Source of the DNA: Endomicrobiales bacterium | GTDB taxonomy: Bacteria; Elusimicrobiota; Endomicrobiia; Endomicrobiales; CAWCFT01 | Direction of reading: 5' to 3' | NCBI GenBank assembly: GCA_963794945.1 | Contig: CAWCFT010000006.1 | Location: forward strand, 64,001 to 128,000 | DNA length: 64,000 nt | Part shown: one piece after another, positions 61,601-64,000 of the stretch | Position numbering within the stretch: the first letter of the stretch is position 1 | Layout: the number at the start of each line of letters is the position of its first letter | Notes under the pieces: generated by a model | Told to the model about the DNA's origin: nothing | What the model saw: the letters and a program-made list of their open reading frames with translations, nothing else | Database searches by the model: none | Program-made: the position numbers and the translations under genes

Positions 61601-64000
61601 TGTAGGCGGCTCCGGTCCTGACCGCGTGCCCGAATTTGCACACTATGGCGCCCACCTGTTTGCCAAGCTCATATATGTAGTGTCCTCTTCTTATCCTGGC
61701 GCTCCCGTACACAGTTATGCTGGGCTCCCATTTATAATTCTGTATCAACACCTGGTTTCTTTCCTCATTGATCTCAGCCACCTCATCGCCCGCAGCAGGA
61801 GCCAGGAATTTATACATCATCCAGGTCCAGATGGTATTGGCGATATAAGCACTGAAAAATATCAATACATCACCCGGTGTAAATGAAATAAAGTTCCCAA
61901 GCAGTCTCTCGACAATCCAACCGATCCATGCCGCGGAAAACCAAAAAATCGTATATGCCCCCAGAACGCTGTAGTTATTTTTAATTATATTATGAAATTT
62001 TTCCGTAGCGCTGCTGCCGGTAAAAACTTGTTTTAAAGGCACTTTGTTCCCAAGAATTTGGTACACAGCTACTGCCACGGGTGTATTTAAGATAATACCT
62101 AAGAAACCGGTGTCAAACATGCTTTTCAGCATTAAAGCTACAGTACTATTGCCCAATACATGAGTAAGCGTTTGTGGAACAAAATACCCGTAATCCGACA
62201 TATCAAAATAAATTCCCGCCAGCATAGAGCACGCCATCCAGCGCAGCATCATTTTCTGGGTGCCCTTGTCTTTTATTGCCGCAGAGACATTTTTAATAAA
62301 AGACCGGCCTTTCATGCTTTGGGCTTTTCCAACCAAGGCCGCGAGCCCCACCGGTATAGCAACCGCGAAAACCCTGTATACTATTGTCCAGAAACCAAGC
62401 ATTTTAGAACCTGTGACCAGATAAGCAGTAACTGTCAACAGGGCCGCCGCTGAAAACGGCACAAGAAATGATAAGCCTGTCTGTGCAATTCCCCTGGCTC
62501 CGTTTGCTCCGCCTTTTTTTGACATCATTTCATTTATTTTGCTGCCCGCCACACAACCTAATATTAAAACCCAGCCTGTTGCAAACAGCATTATAAAAGG
62601 CAGCGCAATATCTGTAAAATGCAAAGCAAATATTGTTACAGAAATAGCTGCAAAAGCCGCGCTTATCGCCATACCTGCCTTATTAATAGCCTTCACGGTT
62701 GATTTTGAGGTATTTTGGCTATTAACGGAATGGGCTGAAATATCGGATATTTCAGCCGGTTCGACTGAGGGATTCTCGGTAACAAGCGGCTTATCAGAGG
62801 AAACGCTGTTCTTAATTTTTATCGCAAGATTGAGAAGTTTTGACTGGCTGTTTTCCGGATCCCGGCTTATAAGTTCGTGAAATTTGCCGCTGGTGTTGTT
62901 AACCGGGTCTTTTTGAATGAACCTGTATTCTTCCACCTCGTGCTCAACCAGTGTGTCTATAGCTTTATCAATGCTTTCAAACCCTTCAGGAGGGCTGTTG
63001 TTTTTTAAGCACTCTTTAAGATAATTCATCATCAGGCTTTGCACCCCGAGAGTCACGACCGTGCCTTTGCCTTTTGCCTCTTCCATTCCCAACCCGGCGA
63101 ACCAGCAGGAATCCTTTGCCTGTGGGTTATCAACCAGTTTGATATCATTCAGCTCCACAAGGTGTGTTTTTATTTTGGCTTTGACCCTAGATTTCAAGCT
63201 CTGTTCTATCTTGTCCGCCAAGACTTTCCCTGTTTCCTGTGTTTTCATGTTTGAAGCGCCGCCATTGTTAATTAATGGCCACGCGGACGAAACATTTGGG
63301 CTCATGATAAAACGCGCAAGCAGAGTATCAAAACCGCCCAATGTTTCAACCAGTTTTTGAACATTAAAACCCAGTGAGGTTATCGGAAGGCCTTTTGCCT
63401 TTTCCCAAACCAGGAATGCTTCGGGTTTCAGAGCCGTATCAAGGAAGTACTCCCTGTCATCAACAAATTTTCCGATCTTATTTTTTCCGTACTCTATTTT
63501 TTTGTCCGCGTATGCCTGCCATAAATAGGAATTTGGAATAAAATCATTGTGGCGGAAAAACTTTCCGTGCCCGGGGATCCCTATAAGAAAGCTTTTCGCC
63601 CCGATATAACTGGCAAAGTCAGCGGCATAATCTATCATCCACTTTGAAAACCTGTCTTTGTTATCCATGTTTTCATATTCGGATGCTATTTCCAGGTTTT
63701 GGACGACCAGGCTGCCGTCTTCGGCAATATACAGCCATAGGCAGGCCACAGCGTGCCCTTGAGGGTCTACAACTTCGATGACATTCATGGCCTCGTCAAT
63801 AAGCCTCTCTACCATCGCATAACTTCTAGTTGAATTCATGCCGAGACAGCAGTCAACGAAATCGCCCATAAATATATCACGCCCGGGGTTTTTCATTATG
63901 GGCCGGACTGTATATATTTTGCCGTTATGCTCCAGCGTCCGCGGTGCCATTCTTTGTTCTGCCAGTTTGCCTATATACCTGTCAACATTGATTCCGGCAT
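58613..64000 (-). CDS. Giant multidomain membrane protein (3' part; open beyond window end; frameshift near 59360) with tandem LOG domains
   Basis: Frame has no stop up to 64000; TM cluster; VYGSAR..TRKLGL..PGGFGTMEE plus a degenerate second copy; joins 58613-59320 if one base is removed. Confidence 0.82.

Overview
Bacterial genomic window with most genes on the minus strand. The giant-protein style hints at Elusimicrobiota/Omnitrophota, but taxonomy is inference only. 1-6.1 kb is housekeeping (5' part of uvrA, a HAMP histidine kinase, nadB, panC). About 6.4-52.2 kb is a large accessory stress/redox island. It carries two paralogous PAS kinases, a REC-AraC regulator and three single-domain receivers. 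Its stress genes include Hsp20, a ferritin-like protein, rubredoxin, superoxide reductase, MsrB, thioredoxin, and BON, YtxH, DUF3185 and lmo0937-type proteins. It also holds a cobalamin radical-SAM + type III PKS pair, an ArsS arsenosugar-type operon with an intact IS4 inserted in its promoter, and a GT2/beta-barrel pair. Main unannotated signal: nine promoters in this island share one rigid architecture (12-bp box GAAAAAAGTCAG-like, N9, 12-bp GA...AT box, N22, -10), consistent with a regulon run by the resident AraC-type response regulator. 52-59 kb is a variable cassette-like region (Ser/Thr kinase, AAA_14/DUF4143 ATPase, several REP-like palindromes, a duplicated promoter). 58.6-64 kb is the 3' part of a giant membrane protein with tandem LOG domains. 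Many genes are frameshifted. The indels fall mostly at homopolymers or at reconstructed GCNGC sites, suggesting long-read errors at a methylated motif. No rRNA, tRNA or CRISPR was seen.
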